Shown here: one piece after another, positions 28,501 through 45,000 of the stretch
Numbering within the stretch: the first letter of the stretch is position 1
Layout: each line of letters begins with the position of its first letter
NCBI GenBank assembly: GCA_964057225.1
Contig: OZ059899.1
Span: 20,336,001 to 20,400,000, forward strand
Length of the DNA: 64,000 nt
Direction of reading: 5' to 3'
Source of the DNA: Auanema rhodensis
Taxonomy: Eukaryota; Animalia; Nematoda
Translations under genes and position numbers: made by a program
Notes under the pieces: model-generated
What the model saw: the letters and a program-made list of their open reading frames with translations, nothing else
What the model was told of the DNA's origin: nothing
Databases searched by the model: none

Positions 28501-31500
28501 TAACCATGACTTTGAAATTTACGTGAACTTTAATTTATGCTAATTAAATGTACACGTGGTGTGCACCCGGTATGTAACTCGCTTCACGTGAAAGATAAAG
28601 AGATGAGGTTTTCCCAATTAGATTCCCCATGTCCATATTAGTCTAAAAACAAATTTTTATCGATATTGGTGCATGGTAACCATGACTTTGAAATTTACGT
28701 GAACTTTATTTTATGCTACATAAATGTACACGTGGTGTGCACTCGGTATGTATCTCGCTTCACGTGAAAGATAAAGAGATGCGGTTTTCAAAATTAGATT
28801 CCCCATGTCCATATTAGTCTAAAAACAAATTTTTATTGATATTGGTGCATGGTAACCATGACTTTGAAATTTACGTGAACTTTAATTTATGCTAATTAAA
28901 TGTACACGTGATGTGCACTTGGTATGTAACTTGCTTCACGTGAAAGATAAAGAGATGCGGTTTTCAAAATTAGATTCCCCATGTCCATATTAGTCTTAAA
29001 ACAAATTTTTATTGATATTGGTGCATGGTAACCATGACTTTGAAATTTACGTGAACTTTAATTTATGCTAATTAAATGTACACGTGATGTGCACTTGGTG
29101 TGTAACTTGCTTCACGTGAAAGATAAAGAGATGCGGTTTTCAAAATTAGATTCCCCATGTCCATATTAGTCTTAAAACAAATTTTTATTGATATTGGTGC
29201 ATGGTAACCATGACTTTGAAATTTACGTGAACTTTAATTTATGCTAATTAAATGTACACGTGGTGTGCACCCGGTATGTAACTCGCTTCACGTGAAAGAT
29301 AAAGAGATGAGGTTTTCCCAATTAGATTCCCCATGTCCATATTAGTCTAAGAACAAATTTTTATCGATATTGGTGCATGGTAACCATGACTTTGAAATTT
29401 ACGTGAACTTTATTTTATGCTACATAAATGTACACGTGGTGTGCACTCGGTATGTATCTCGCTTCACGTGAAAGATAAAGAGATGCGGTTTCCAAAATTA
29501 GATTCCCCATGTCCATATTAGTCTAAAAACAGTTTTTTACTGATATTGGTGCATGGTAACCATGATTTTGAAATTTACGTGAACTTTAATTTATGCTAAT
29601 TAAATGTACACATGGTGTGCACTCGGTATGTAACTCGCTTCACGTGAAAGATAAAGAGATGCGGTTTTCAAAATTAGATTCCCCATGTCCATATTAGTCT
29701 AAAAACAAATTTTTATTGATATTGGTGCATGGTAACCATGACTTTGAAATTTACGTGAACTTTAATTTATGCTAATTAAATGTACACGTGATGTGCACTT
29801 GGTATGTAACTTGCTTCACGTGAAAGATAAAGAGATGCGGTTTTCAAAATTAGATTCCCCATGTCCATATTAGTCTTAAAACAAATTTTTATTGATATTG
29901 GTGCATGGTAACCATGACTTTGAAATTTACGTGAATTTTAATTTATGCTAATTAAATGTACACGTGATGTGCACTTGGTATGTAACTTGCTTCACGTGAA
30001 AGATAAAGAAATGCGGTTCTCAAAATTAGATTCCCCATGTCCATATTAGTCTTAAAACAAATTTTTATTGATATTGGTGCATGGTAACCATGACTTTGAA
30101 ATTTACGTGAACTTTAATTTATGCTAATTAAATGTACACGTGGTGTGCACTCGGTATGTAACTCGCTTCACGTGAAAGATAAAGAGATGCGGTTTTTAAA
30201 ATTAGATTCCCCATGTCCATATTAGTCTAAAAACAAATTTTTATTGATATTGGTGCATGGTAACCATGACTTTGAAATTTACGTGAACTTTAATTTATGC
30301 TAATTAAATGTACACGTGGTGTGCACTCGGTATGTAACTCGCTTCACGTGAGAGATAAAGAGATGCGGTTTTTAAAATTAGATTCCCCATGTCCATATTA
30401 GTCTGAAAACAAATTTTTATTGATATTGGTGCATGGTAACCATGACTTTGAAATTTACGTGAACTTTAATTTATGCTAATTAAATGTACACGTGGTGTGC
30501 ACTCGGTATGTAACTCGCTTCACGTGAGAGATAAAGAGATGCGGTTTTTAAAATTAGATTCCCCATGTCCATATTAGTCTGAAAACAAATTTTTATTGAT
30601 ATTGGTGCATGGTAACCATGACTTTGAAATTTACGTGAACTTTAATTTATGCTAATTAAATGTACACGTGATGTGCACTTGGTATGTAACTTGCTTCACG
30701 TGAGAGATAAAGAGATGCGGTTTTTAAAATTAGATTCCCCATGTCCATATTAGTCTAAAAACAAATTTTTATTGATATTGGTGCATGGTAACCATGACTT
30801 TGAAATTTACGTGAACTTTAATTTATGCTAATTAAATGTACACGTGGTGTGCACTCGGTATGTAACTCGCTTCACGTGAGAGATAAAGAGATGCGGTTTT
30901 TGAAATTAGATTCCCCATGTCCATATTAGTCTGAAAACAAATTTTTATTGATATTGGTGCATGGTAACCATGACTTTGAAATTTACGTGAACTTTAATTT
31001 ATGCTAATTAAATGTACACGTGGTGTGCACTCGGTATGTAACTCGCTTCACGTGAGAGATAAAGAGATGCGGTTTTTAAAATTAGATTCCCCATGTCCAT
31101 ATTAGTCTGAAAACAAATTTTTATTGATATTGGTGCATGGTAACCATGACTTTGAAATTTACGTGAACTTTAATTTATGCTAATTAAATGTACACGTGAT
31201 GTGCACTTGGTATGTAACTTGCTTCACGTGAAAGATAAAGAGATGCGGTTTTCAAAATTAGATTCCCCATGTCCATATTAGTCTTAAAACAAATTTTTAT
31301 TGATATTGGTGCATGGTAACCATGACTTTGAAATTTACGTGAACTTTAATTTATGCTAATTAAATGTACACGTGGTGTGCACTCGGTATGTAACTCGCTT
31401 CACGTGAAAGATAAAGAGATGCGGTTTTCAAAATTAGATTCCCCATGTCCATATTAGTCTAAAAACAAATTTTTATTGATATTGGTGCATGGTAACCATG

Positions 31501-31856
31501 ACTTTGAAATTTACGTGAACTTTAATTTATGCTAATTAAATGTACACGTGGTGTGCACTCGGTATGTAACTCGCTTCACGTGAGAGATAAAGAGATGCGG
31601 TTTTTAAAATTAGATTCCCCATGTCCATATTAGTCTGAAAACAAATTTTTATTGATATTGGTGCATGGTAACCATGACTTTGAAATTTACGTGAACTTTA
31701 ATTTATGCTAATTAAATGTACACGTGATTTGCACTTGGTATGTAACTCGCTTCACGTGAACGATAAGGAGATGCGGTTTTCAAAATTAGATTCCCCATGT
31801 CCATATTAATCTAAAAACAAATTTTTATTGATATTGGTGCATGGTAACCATGACTT

Positions 31857-34800
31857 TGAAATTTACGTGAACTTTAATTTATGCTAATTAAATGTACACG
31901 TGATGTGCACTTGGTATGTAACTCGCTTCACGTGAAAAATAAAGAGATGCGGTTTTCAAAATTAGATTCCCCATGTCCATATTAGTCTAAAAACAAATAA
32001 CTCGCTTCACGTGAAAGATAAAGAGATGCGGTTTTCAAAATTAGATTCCCCATGTCCATATTAGTCTAAAAACAAATTTTTATTGATATTGGTGCATGGT
32101 AACCATGACTTTGAAATTTACGTGAACTTTAATTTATGCTAATTAAATGTACACGTGGTGTGCACTCGGTATGTAACTCGCTTCACGTGAAAGATAAAGA
32201 GATGCGGTTTTTAAAATTAGATTCCCCATGTCCATATTAGTCTAAAAACAAATTTTTATTGATATTGGTGCATGGTAACCATGACTTTGAAATTTACGTG
32301 AACTTTAATTTATGCTAATTAAATGTACACGTGGTGTGCACTCGGTATGTAACTCGCTTCACGTGAGAGATAAAGAGATGCGGTTTTTAAAATTAGATTC
32401 CCCATGTCCATATTAGTCTGAAAACAAATTTTTATTGATATTGGTGCATGGTAACCATGACTTTGAAATTTACGTGAACTTTAATTTATGCTAATTAAAT
32501 GTACACGTGGTGTGCACTCGGTATGTAACTCGCTTCACGTGAGAGATAAAGAGATGCGGTTTTTAAAATTAGATTCCCCATGTCCATATTAGTCTGAAAA
32601 CAAATTTTTATTGATATTGGTGCATGGTAACCATGACTTTGAAATTTACGTGAACTTTAATTTATGCTAATTAAATGTACACGTGATTTGCACTTGGTAT
32701 GTAACTCGCTTCACGTGAACGATAAGGAGATGCGGTTTTCAAAATTAGATTCCCCATGTCCATATTAGTCTTAAAACAAATTTTTATTGATATTGGTGCA
32801 TGGTAACCATGACTTTGAAATTTACGTGAACTTTAATTTATGCTAATTAAATGTACACGTGATGTGCACTTGGTATGTAACTTGCTTCACGTGAAAGATA
32901 AAGAGATGCGGTTTTCAAAATTAGATTCCCCATGTCCATATTAGTCTTAAAACAAATTTTTATTGATATTGGTGCATGGTAACCATGACTTTGAAATTTA
33001 CGTGAACTTTAATTTATGCTAATTAAATGTACACGTGGTGTGCACTCGGTATGTAACTCGCTTCACGTGAAAGATAAAGAGATGCGGTTTTCAAAATTAG
33101 ATTCCCCATGTCCATATTAGTCTAAAAACAAATTTTTATTGATATTGGTGCATGGTAACCATGACTTTGAAATTTACGTGAACTTTAATTTATGCTAATT
33201 AAATGTACACGTGGTGTGCACTCGGTATGTAACTCGCTTCACGTGAGAGATAAAGAGATGCGGTTTTTAAAATTAGATTCCCCATGTCCATATTAGTCTG
33301 AAAACAAATTTTTATTGATATTGGTGCATGGTAACCATGACTTTGAAATTTACGTGAACTTTAATTTATGCTAATTAAATGTACACGTGATTTGCACTTG
33401 GTATGTAACTCGCTTCACGTGAACGATAAGGAGATGCGGTTTTCAAAATTAGATTCCCCATGTCCATATTAATCTAAAAACAAATTTTTATTGATATTGG
33501 TGCATGGTAACCATGACTTTGAAATTTACGTGAACTTTAATTTATGCTAATTAAATGTACACGTGATGTGCACTTGGTATGTAACTCGCTTCACGTGAAA
33601 AATAAAGAGATGCGGTTTTCAAAATTAGATTCCCCATGTCCATATTAGTCTAAAAACAAATAACTCGCTTCACGTGAAAGATAAAGAGATGCGGTTTTCA
33701 AAATTAGATTCCCCATGTCCATATTAGTCTAAAAACAAATTTTTATTGATATTGGTGCATGGTAACCATAACTTTGAAATTTACGTGAACTTTAATTTAT
33801 GCTAATTAAATGTACACGTGGTGTGCACTCGGTATGTAACTCGCTTCACGTGAGAGATAAAGAGATGCGGTTTTTAAAATTAGATTCCCCATGTCCATAT
33901 TAGTCTGAAAACAAATTTTTATTGATATTGGTGCATGGTAACCATGACTTTGAAATTTACGTGAACTTTAATTTATGCTAATTAAATGTACACGTGATGT
34001 GCACTTGGTATGTAACTCGCTTCACGTGAAAAATAAAGAGATGCGGTTTTCAAAATTAGATTCCCCATGTCCATATTAGTCTAAAAACAAATAACTCGCT
34101 TCACGTGAAAGATAAAGAGATGCGGTTTTCAAAATTAGATTCCCCATGTCCATATTAGTCTAAAAACAAATTTTTATTGATATTGGTGCATGGTAACCAT
34201 GACTTTGAAATTTACGTGAACTTTAATTTATGCTAATTAAATGTACACGTGGTGTGCACTCGGTATGTAACTCGCTTCACGTGAAAGATAAAGAGATGCG
34301 GTTTTTAAAATTAGATTCCCCATGTCCATATTAGTCTAAAAACAAATTTTTATTGATATTGGTGCATGGTAACCATGACTTTGAAATTTACGTGAACTTT
34401 AATTTATGCTAATTAAATGTACACGTGGTGTGCACTCGGTATGTAACTCGCTTCACGTGAGAGATAAAGAGATGCGGTTTTTAAAATTAGATTCCCCATG
34501 TCCATATTAGTCTGAAAACAAATTTTTATTGATATTGGTGCATGGTAACCATGACTTTGAAATTTACGTGAACTTTAATTTATGCTAATTAAATGTACAC
34601 GTGGTGTGCACTCGGTATGTAACTCGCTTCACGTGAGAGATAAAGAGATGCGGTTTTTAAAATTAGATTCCCCATGTCCATATTAGTCTGAAAACAAATT
34701 TTTATTGATATTGGTGCATGGTAACCATGACTTTGAAATTTACGTGAACTTTAATTTATGCTAATTAAATGTACACGTGATTTGCACTTGGTATGTAACT

Positions 34801-36044
34801 CGCTTCACGTGAACGATAAGGAGATGCGGTTTTCAAAATTAGATTCCCCATGTCCATATTAGTCTTAAAACAAATTTTTATTGATATTGGTGCATGGTAA
34901 CCATGACTTTGAAATTTACGTGAACTTTAATTTATGCTAATTAAATGTACACGTGATGTGCACTTGGTATGTAACTTGCTTCACGTGAAAGATAAAGAGA
35001 TGCGGTTTTCAAAATTAGATTCCCCATGTCCATATTAGTCTTAAAACAAATTTTTATTGATATTGGTGCATGGTAACCATGACTTTGAAATTTACGTGAA
35101 CTTTAATTTATGCTAATTAAATGTACACGTGGTGTGCACTCGGTATGTAACTCGCTTCACGTGAAAGATAAAGAGATGCGGTTTTCAAAATTAGATTCCC
35201 CATGTCCATATTAGTCTAAAAACAAATTTTTATTGATATTGGTGCATGGTAACCATGACTTTGAAATTTACGTGAACTTTAATTTATGCTAATTAAATGT
35301 ACACGTGGTGTGCACTCGGTATGTAACTCGCTTCACGTGAGAGATAAAGAGATGCGGTTTTTAAAATTAGATTCCCCATGTCCATATTAGTCTGAAAACA
35401 AATTTTTATTGATATTGGTGCATGGTAACCATGACTTTGAAATTTACGTGAACTTTAATTTATGCTAATTAAATGTACACGTGATTTGCACTTGGTATGT
35501 AACTCGCTTCACGTGAACGATAAGGAGATGCGGTTTTCAAAATTAGATTCCCCATGTCCATATTAATCTAAAAACAAATTTTTATTGATATTGGTGCATG
35601 GTAACCATGACTTTGAAATTTACGTGAACTTTAATTTATGCTAATTAAATGTACACGTGATGTGCACTTGGTATGTAACTCGCTTCACGTGAAAAATAAA
35701 GAGATGCGGTTTTCAAAATTAGATTCCCCATGTCCATATTAGTCTAAAAACAAATAACTCGCTTCACGTGAAAGATAAAGAGATGCGGTTTTCAAAATTA
35801 GATTCCCCATGTCCATATTAGTCTAAAAACAAATTTTTATTGATATTGGTGCATGGTAACCATAACTTTGAAATTTACGTGAACTTTAATTTATGCTAAT
35901 TAAATGTACACGTGGTGTGCACTCGGTATGTAACTCGCTTCACGTGAGAGATAAAGAGATGCGGTTTTTAAAATTAGATTCCCCATGTCCATATTAGTCT
36001 GAAAACAAATTTTTATTGATATTGGTGCATGGTAACCATGACTT
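31857..36044. repeat. Tandem duplication of a 2094-bp Satellite A block (11 monomers + 2 x 79 bp)
   Basis: Junction pairs 31998/34092 and 33661/35755, and the marker 'accataact' (cata at 33767/35861), are all offset by 2094. Confidence 0.88.
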
Positions 36045-39000
36045 TGAAATTTACGTGAACTTTAATTTATGCTAATTAAATGTACACGTGATTTGCACTT
36101 GGTATGTAACTCGCTTCACGTGAACGATAAGGAGATGCGGTTTTCAAAATTAGATTCCCCATTTCCATATTAGTCTTAAAACAAATTTTTATTGATATTG
36201 GTGCATGGTAACCATGACTTTGAAATTTACGTGAACTTTAATTTATGCTAATTAAATGTACACGTGATTTGCACTTGGTATGTAACTCGCTTCACGTGAA
36301 CGATAAGGAGATGCGGTTTTCAAAATTAGATTCCCCATTTCCATATTAGTCTTAAAACAAATTTTTATTGATATTGGTGCATGGTAACCATGACTTTGAA
36401 ATTTACGTGAACTTTAATTTATGCTAATTAAATGTACACGTGATGTGCACTTGGTATGTAACTTGCTTCACGTGAAAGATAAAGAGATGCGGTTTTCAAA
36501 ATTAGATTCCCCATGTCCATATTAGTCTTAAAACAAATTTTTATTGATATTGGTGCATGGTAACCATGACTTTGAAATTTACGTGAACTTTAATTTATGC
36601 TAATTAAATGTACACGTGGTGTGCACTCGGTATGTAACTCGCTTCACGTGAAAGATAAAGAGATGCGGTTTTCAAAATTAGATTCCCCATGTCCATATTA
36701 GTCTAAAAACAAATTTTTATTGATATTGGTGCATGGTAACCATGACTTTGAAATTTACGTGAACTTTAATTTATGCTAATTAAATGTACACGTGGTGTGC
36801 ACTCGGTATGTAACTCGCTTCACGTGAGAGATAAAGAGATGCGGTTTTTAAAATTAGATTCCCCATGTCCATATTAGTCTGAAAACAAATTTTTATTGAT
36901 ATTGGTGCATGGTAACCATGACTTTGAAATTTACGTGAACTTTAATTTATGCTTATTAAATGTACACGTGATTTGCACTTGGTATGTAACTCGCTTCACG
37001 TGAACGATAAGGAGATGCGGTTTTCAAAATTAGATTCCCCATGTCCATATTAATCTAAAAACAAATTTTTATTGATATTGGTGCATGGTAACCATGACTT
37101 TGAAATTTACGTGAACTTTAATTTATGCTAATTAAATGTACACGTGATTTGCACTTGGTATGTAACTCGCTTCACGTGAACGATAAGGAGATGCGGTTTT
37201 CAAAATTAGATTCCCCATTTCCATATTAGTCTTAAAACAAATTTTTATTGATATTGGTGCATGGTAACCATGACTTTGAAATTTACGTGAACTTTAATTT
37301 ATGCTAATTAAATGTACACGTGATTTGCACTTGGTATGTAACTCGCTTCACGTGAACGATAAGGAGATGCGGTTTTCAAAATTAGATTCCCCATTTCCAT
37401 ATTAGTCTTAAAACAAATTTTCATTGATATTGGTGCATGGTAACCATGACTTTGAAATTTACGTGAACTTTAATTTATGCTAATTAAATGTACACGTGAT
37501 GTGCACTTGGTATGTAACTTGCTTCACGTGAAAGATAAAGAGATGCGGTTTTCAAAATTAGATTCCCCATGTCCATATTAGTCTTAAAACAAATTTTTAT
37601 TGATATTGGTGCATGGTAACCATGACTTTGAAATTTACGTGAACTTTAATTTATGCTAATTAAATGTACACGTGATGTGCACTTGGTATGTAACTCGCTT
37701 CACGTGAAAAATAAAGAGATGCGGTTTTCAAAATTAGATTCCCCATGTCCATATTAGTCTAAAAACAAATAACTCGCTTCACGTGAAAGATAAAGAGATG
37801 CGGTTTTCAAAATTAGATTCCCCATGTCCATATTAGTCTAAAAACAAATTTTTATTGATATTGGTGCATGGTAACCATAACTTTGAAATTTACGTGAACT
37901 TTAATTTATGCTAATTAAATGTACACGTGGTGTGCACTCGGTATGTAACTCGCTTCACGTGAGAGATAAAGAGATGCGGTTTTTAAAATTAGATTCCCCA
38001 TGTCCATATTAGTCTGAAAACAAATTTTTATTGATATTGGTGCATGGTAACCATGACTTTGAAATTTACGTGAACTTTAATTTATGCTAATTAAATGTAC
38101 ACGTGATTTGCACTTGGTATGTAACTCGCTTCACGTGAACGATAAGGAGATGCGGTTTTCAAAATTAGATTCCCCATTTCCATATTAGTCTTAAAACAAA
38201 TTTTTATTGATATTGGTGCATGGTAACCATGACTTTGAAATTTACGTGAACTTTAATTTATGCTAATTAAATGTACACGTGATTTGCACTTGGTATGTAA
38301 CTCGCTTCACGTGAACGATAAGGAGATGCGGTTTTCAAAATTAGATTCCCCATTTCCATATTAGTCTTAAAACAAATTTTTATTGATATTGGTGCATGGT
38401 AACCATGACTTTGAAATTTACGTGAACTTTAATTTATGCTAATTAAATGTACACGTGATGTGCACTTGGTATGTAACTTGCTTCACGTGAAAGATAAAGA
38501 GATGCGGTTTTCAAAATTAGATTCCCCATGTCCATATTAGTCTTAAAACAAATTTTTATTGATATTGGTGCATGGTAACCATGACTTTGAAATTTACGTG
38601 AACTTTAATTTATGCTAATTAAATGTACACGTGGTGTGCACTCGGTATGTAACTCGCTTCACGTGAAAGATAAAGAGATGCGGTTTTCAAAATTAGATTC
38701 CCCATGTCCATATTAGTCTAAAAACAAATTTTTATTGATATTGGTGCATGGTAACCATGACTTTGAAATTTACGTGAACTTTAATTTATGCTAATTAAAT
38801 GTACACGTGGTGTGCACTCGGTATGTAACTCGCTTCACGTGAGAGATAAAGAGATGCGGTTTTTAAAATTAGATTCCCCATGTCCATATTAGTCTGAAAA
38901 CAAATTTTTATTGATATTGGTGCATGGTAACCATGACTTTGAAATTTACGTGAACTTTAATTTATGCTTATTAAATGTACACGTGATTTGCACTTGGTAT

Positions 39001-42000
39001 GTAACTCGCTTCACGTGAACGATAAGGAGATGCGGTTTTCAAAATTAGATTCCCCATGTCCATATTAATCTAAAAACAAATTTTTATTGATATTGGTGCA
39101 TGGTAACCATGACTTTGAAATTTACGTGAACTTTAATTTATGCTAATTAAATGTACACGTGATTTGCACTTGGTATGTAACTCGCTTCACGTGAACGATA
39201 AGGAGATGCGGTTTTCAAAATTAGATTCCCCATTTCCATATTAGTCTTAAAACAAATTTTTATTGATATTGGTGCATGGTAACCATGACTTTGAAATTTA
39301 CGTGAACTTTAATTTATGCTAATTAAATGTACACGTGATTTGCACTTGGTATGTAACTCGCTTCACGTGAACGATAAGGAGATGCGGTTTTCAAAATTAG
39401 ATTCCCCATTTCCATATTAGTCTTAAAACAAATTTTCATTGATATTGGTGCATGGTAACCATGACTTTGAAATTTACGTGAACTTTAATTTATGCTAATT
39501 AAATGTACACGTGATGTGCACTTGGTATGTAACTTGCTTCACGTGAAAGATAAAGAGATGCGGTTTTCAAAATTAGATTCCCCATGTCCATATTAGTCTT
39601 AAAACAAATTTTTATTGATATTGGTGCATGGTAACCATGACTTTGAAATTTACGTGAACTTTAATTTATGCTAATTAAATGTACACGTGGTGTGCACTCG
39701 GTATGTAACTCGCTTCACGTGAAAGATAAAGAGATGCGGTTTTCAAAATTAGATTCCCCATGTCCATATTAGTCTAAAAACAAATTTTTATTGATATTGG
39801 TGCATGGTAACCATGACTTTGAAATTTACGTGAACTTTAATTTATGCTAATTAAATGTACACGTGGTGTGCACTCGGTATGTAACTCGCTTCACGTGAGA
39901 GATAAAGAGATGCGGTTTTTAAAATTAGATTCCCCATGTCCATATTAGTCTGAAAACAAATTTTTATTGATATTGGTGCATGGTAACCATGACTTTGAAA
40001 TTTACGTGAACTTTAATTTATGCTTATTAAATGTACACGTGATTTGCACTTGGTATGTAACTCGCTTCACGTGAACGATAAGGAGATGCGGTTTTCAAAA
40101 TTAGATTCCCCATGTCCATATTAATCTAAAAACAAATTTTTATTGATATTGGTGCATGGTAACCATGACTTTGAAATTTACGTGAACTTTAATTTATGCT
40201 AATTAAATGTACACGTGATGTGCACTTGGTATGTAACTCGCTTCACGTGAAAAATAAAGAGATGCGGTTTTCAAAATTAGATTCCCCATGTCCATATTAG
40301 TCTAAAAACAAATAACTCGCTTCACGTGAAAGATAAAGAGATGCGGTTTTCAAAATTAGATTCCCCATGTCCATATTAGTCTAAAAACAAATAACTCGCT
40401 TCACGTGAAAGATAAAGAGATGCGGTTTTCAAAATTAGATTCCCCATGTCCATATTAGTCTAAAAACAAATTTTTATTGATATTGGTGCATGGTAACCAT
40501 GACTTTGAAATTTACGTGAACTTTAATTTATGCTAATTAAATGTACACGTGGTGTGCACTCGGTATGTAACTCGCTTCACGTGAGAGATAAAGAGATGCG
40601 GTTTTTAAAATTAGATTCCCCATGTCCATATTAGTCTGAAAACAAATTTTTATTGATATTGGTGCATGGTAACCATGACTTTGAAATTTACGTGAACTTT
40701 AATTTATGCTAATTAAATGTACACGTGATTTGCACTTGGTATGTAACTCGCTTCACGTGAAAGATAAAGAGATGCGGTTTTCAAAATTAGATTCCCCATG
40801 TCCATATTAGTCTAAAAACAAATTTTTATTGATATTGGTGCATGGTAACCATGACTTTGAAATTTACGTGAACTTTAATTTATGCTAATTAAATGTACAC
40901 GTGGTGTGCACTCGGTATGTATCTCGCTTCACATGAAAGATAAAGAGATGCGGTTTCCAAAATTAGATTCCCCATGTCCATATTAGTCTAAAAACAGTTT
41001 TTTACTGATATTGGTGCATGGTAACCATGATTTTGAAATTTACGTGAACTTTATTTTATGCTACATAAATGTACACGTGGTGTGCACTCGGTATGTATCT
41101 CGCTTCACGTGAAAGATAAAGAGATGCGGTTTCCAAAATTAGATTCCCCATGTCCATATTAGTCTAAAAACAAATTTTTATCGATATTGGTGCATGGTAA
41201 CCATGACTTTGAAATTTACGTGAACTTTATTTTATGCTACATAAATGTACACGTGGTGTGCACTCGGTATGTATCTCGCTTCACGTGAAAGATAAAGAGA
41301 TGCGGTTTCCAAAATTAGATTCCCCATGTCCATATTAGTCTAAAAACAGTTTTTTACTGATATTGGTGCATGGTAACCATGATTTTGAAATTTACGTGAA
41401 CTTTAATTTATGCTAATTAAATGTACACATGGTGTGCACTCGGTATGTAACTCGCTTCACGTGAAAGATAAAGAGATGCGGTTTTCGAAATTAGATTCCC
41501 CATGTCCATATTAGTCTAAAAACAAATTTTTATTGATATTGCTGCATGGTAACCATGACTTTGAAATTTACGTGAACTTTAATTTATGCTAATTAAATGT
41601 ACACGTGATGTGCACTTGGTATGTAACTCGCTTCACGTGAAAGATAAAGAGATGCAGTTCTCAAAATTAGATTCCCCATGTCCATATTAGTCTAAACACA
41701 AATTTTTATTGATATTGGTGCATGGTAACCATGACTTTGAAATTTACGTGAACTTTAATTTATGCTAATTAAATGTACACGTGATGTGCACTTGGTATGT
41801 AACTTGCTTCACGTGAAAGATAAAGAGATGCGGTTTTCAAAATTAGATTCCCCATGTCCATATTAGTCTTAAAACAAATTTTTATTGATATTGGTGCATG
41901 GTAACCATGACTTGGAAATTTACGTGAACTTTAATTTATGCTAATTAAATGTACACGTGATGTGCACTTGGTATGTAACTTGCTTCACGTGAAAGATAAA

Positions 42001-45000
42001 GAGATGCGGTTTTCAAAATTAGATTCCCCATGTCCATATTAGTCTTAAAACAAATTTTTATTGATATTGGTGCATGGTAACCATGACTTTGAAATTTACG
42101 TGAACTTTAATTTATGCTAATTAAATGTACACGTGGTGTGCACTCGGTATGTAACTCGCTTCACGTGAAAGATAAAGAGATGCGGTTTTCAAAATTAGAT
42201 TCCCCATGTCCATATTAGTCTAAAAACAAATTTTTATTGATATTGGTGCATGGTAACCATGACTTTGAAATTTACGTGAACTTTAATTTATGCTAATTAA
42301 ATGTACACGTGGTGTGCACTCGGTATGTAACTCGCTTCACGTGAGAGATAAAGAGATGCGGTTTTTAAAATTAGATTCCCCATGTCCATATTAGTCTGAA
42401 AACAAATTTTTATTGATATTGGTGCATGGTAACCATGACTTTGAAATTTACGTGAACTTTAATTTATGCTTATTAAATGTACACGTGATTTGCACTTGGT
42501 ATGTAACTCGCTTCACGTGAACGATAAGGAGATGCGGTTTTCAAAATTAGATTCCCCATGTCCATATTAATCTAAAAACAAATTTTTATTGATATTGGTG
42601 CATGGTAACCATGACTTTGAAATTTACGTGAACTTTAATTTATGCTAATTAAATGTACACGTGATGTGCACTTGGTATGTAACTCGCTTCACGTGAAAAA
42701 TAAAGAGATGCGGTTTTCAAAATTAGATTCCCCATGTCCATATTAGTCTAAAAACAGATAACTCGCTTCACGTGAAAGATAAAGAGATGCGGTTTTCAAA
42801 ATTAGATTCCCCATGTCCATATTAGTCTAAAAACAAATTTTTATTGATATTGGTGCATGGTAACCATGACTTTGAAATTTACGTGAACTTTAATTTATGC
42901 TAATTAAATGTACACGTGGTGTGCACTCGGTATGTAACTCGCTTCACGTGAGAGATAAAGAGATGCGGTTTTTAAAATTAGATTCCCCATGTCCATATTA
43001 GTCTGAAAACAAATTTTTATTGATATTGGTGCATGGTAACCATGACTTTGAAATTTACGTGAACTTTAATTTATGCTAATTAAATGTACACGTGATTTGC
43101 ACTTGGTATGTAACTCGCTTCACGTGAAAGATAAAGAGATGCGGTTTTCAAAATTAGATTCCCCATGTCCATATTAGTCTAAAAACAAATTTTTATTGAT
43201 ATTGGTGCATGGTAACCATGACTTTGAAATTTACGTGAACTTTAATTTATGCTAATTAAATGTACACGTGGTGTGCACTCGGTATGTATCTCGCTTCACG
43301 TGAAAGATAAAGAGATGCGGTTTCCAAAATTAGATTCCCCATGTCCATATTAGTCTAAAAACAGTTTTTTACTGATATTGGTGCATGGTAACCATGATTT
43401 TGAAATTTACGTGAACTTTATTTTATGCTACATAAATGTACACGTGGTGTGCACTCGGTATGTATCTCGCTTCACGTGAAAGATAAAGAGATGCGGTTTC
43501 CAAAATTAGATTCCCCATGTCCATATTAGTCTAAAAACAGTTTTTTACTGATATTGGTGCATGGTAACCATGATTTTGAAATTTACGTGAACTTTAATTT
43601 ATGCTAATTAAATGTACACATGGTGTGCACTCGGTATGTAACTCGCTTCACGTGAAAGATAAAGAGATGCGGTTTTCGAAATTAGATTCCCCATGTCCAT
43701 ATTAGTCTAAAAACAAATTTTTATTGATATTGCTGCATGGTAACCATGACTTTGAAATTTACGTGAACTTTAATTTATGCTAATTAAATGTACACGTGAT
43801 GTGCACTTGGTATGTAACTCGCTTCACGTGAAAGATAAAGAGATGCAGTTCTCAAAATTAGATTCCCCATGTCCATATTAGTCTAAACACAAATTTTTAT
43901 TGATATTGGTGCATGGTAACCATGACTTTGAAATTTACGTGAACTTTAATTTATGCTAATTAAATGTACACGTGATGTGCACTTGGTATGTAACTTGCTT
44001 CACGTGAAAGATAAAGAGATGCGGTTTTCAAAATTAGATTCCCCATGTCCATATTAGTCTTAAAACAAATTTTTATTGATATTGGTGCATGGTAACCATG
44101 ACTTTGAAATTTACGTGAACTTTAATTTATGCTAATTAAATGTACACGTGATGTGCACTTGGTATGTAACTTGCTTCACGTGAAAGATAAAGAGATGCGG
44201 TTTTCAAAATTAGATTCCCCATGTCCATATTAGTCTTAAAACAAATTTTTATTGATATTGGTGCATGGTAACCATGACTTTGAAATTTACGTGAACTTTA
44301 ATTTATGCTAATTAAATGTACACGTGGTGTGCACCCGGTATGTAACTCGCTTCACGTGAAAGATAAAGAGATGAGGTTTTCCCAATTAGATTCCCCATGT
44401 CCATATTAGTCTAAAAACAAATTTTTATCGATATTGGTGCATGGTAACCATGACTTTGAAATTTACGTGAACTTTATTTTATGCTACATAAATGTACACG
44501 TGGTGTGCACTCGGTATGTATCTCGCTTCACGTGAAAGATAAAGAGATGCGGTTTCCAAAATTAGATTCCCCATGTCCATATTAGTCTAAAAACAGTTTT
44601 TTACTGATATTGGTGCATGGTAACCATGATTTTGAAATTTACGTGAACTTTAATTTATGCTAATTAAATGTACACATGGTGTGCACTCGGTATGTAACTC
44701 GCTTCACGTGAAAGATAAAGAGATGCGGTTTTCAAAATTAGATTCCCCATGTCCATATTAGTCTAAAAACAAATTTTTATTGATATTGGTGCATGGTAAC
44801 CATGACTTTGAAATTTACGTGAACTTTAATTTATGCTAATTAAATGTACACGTGATGTGCACTTGGTATGTAACTCGCTTCACGTGAAAGATAAAGAGAT
44901 GCAGTTCTCAAAATTAGATTCTCCATGTCCATATTAGTCTAAAAACAAATTTTTATTGATATTGGTGCATGGTAACCATGACTTTGAAATTTACGTGAAC

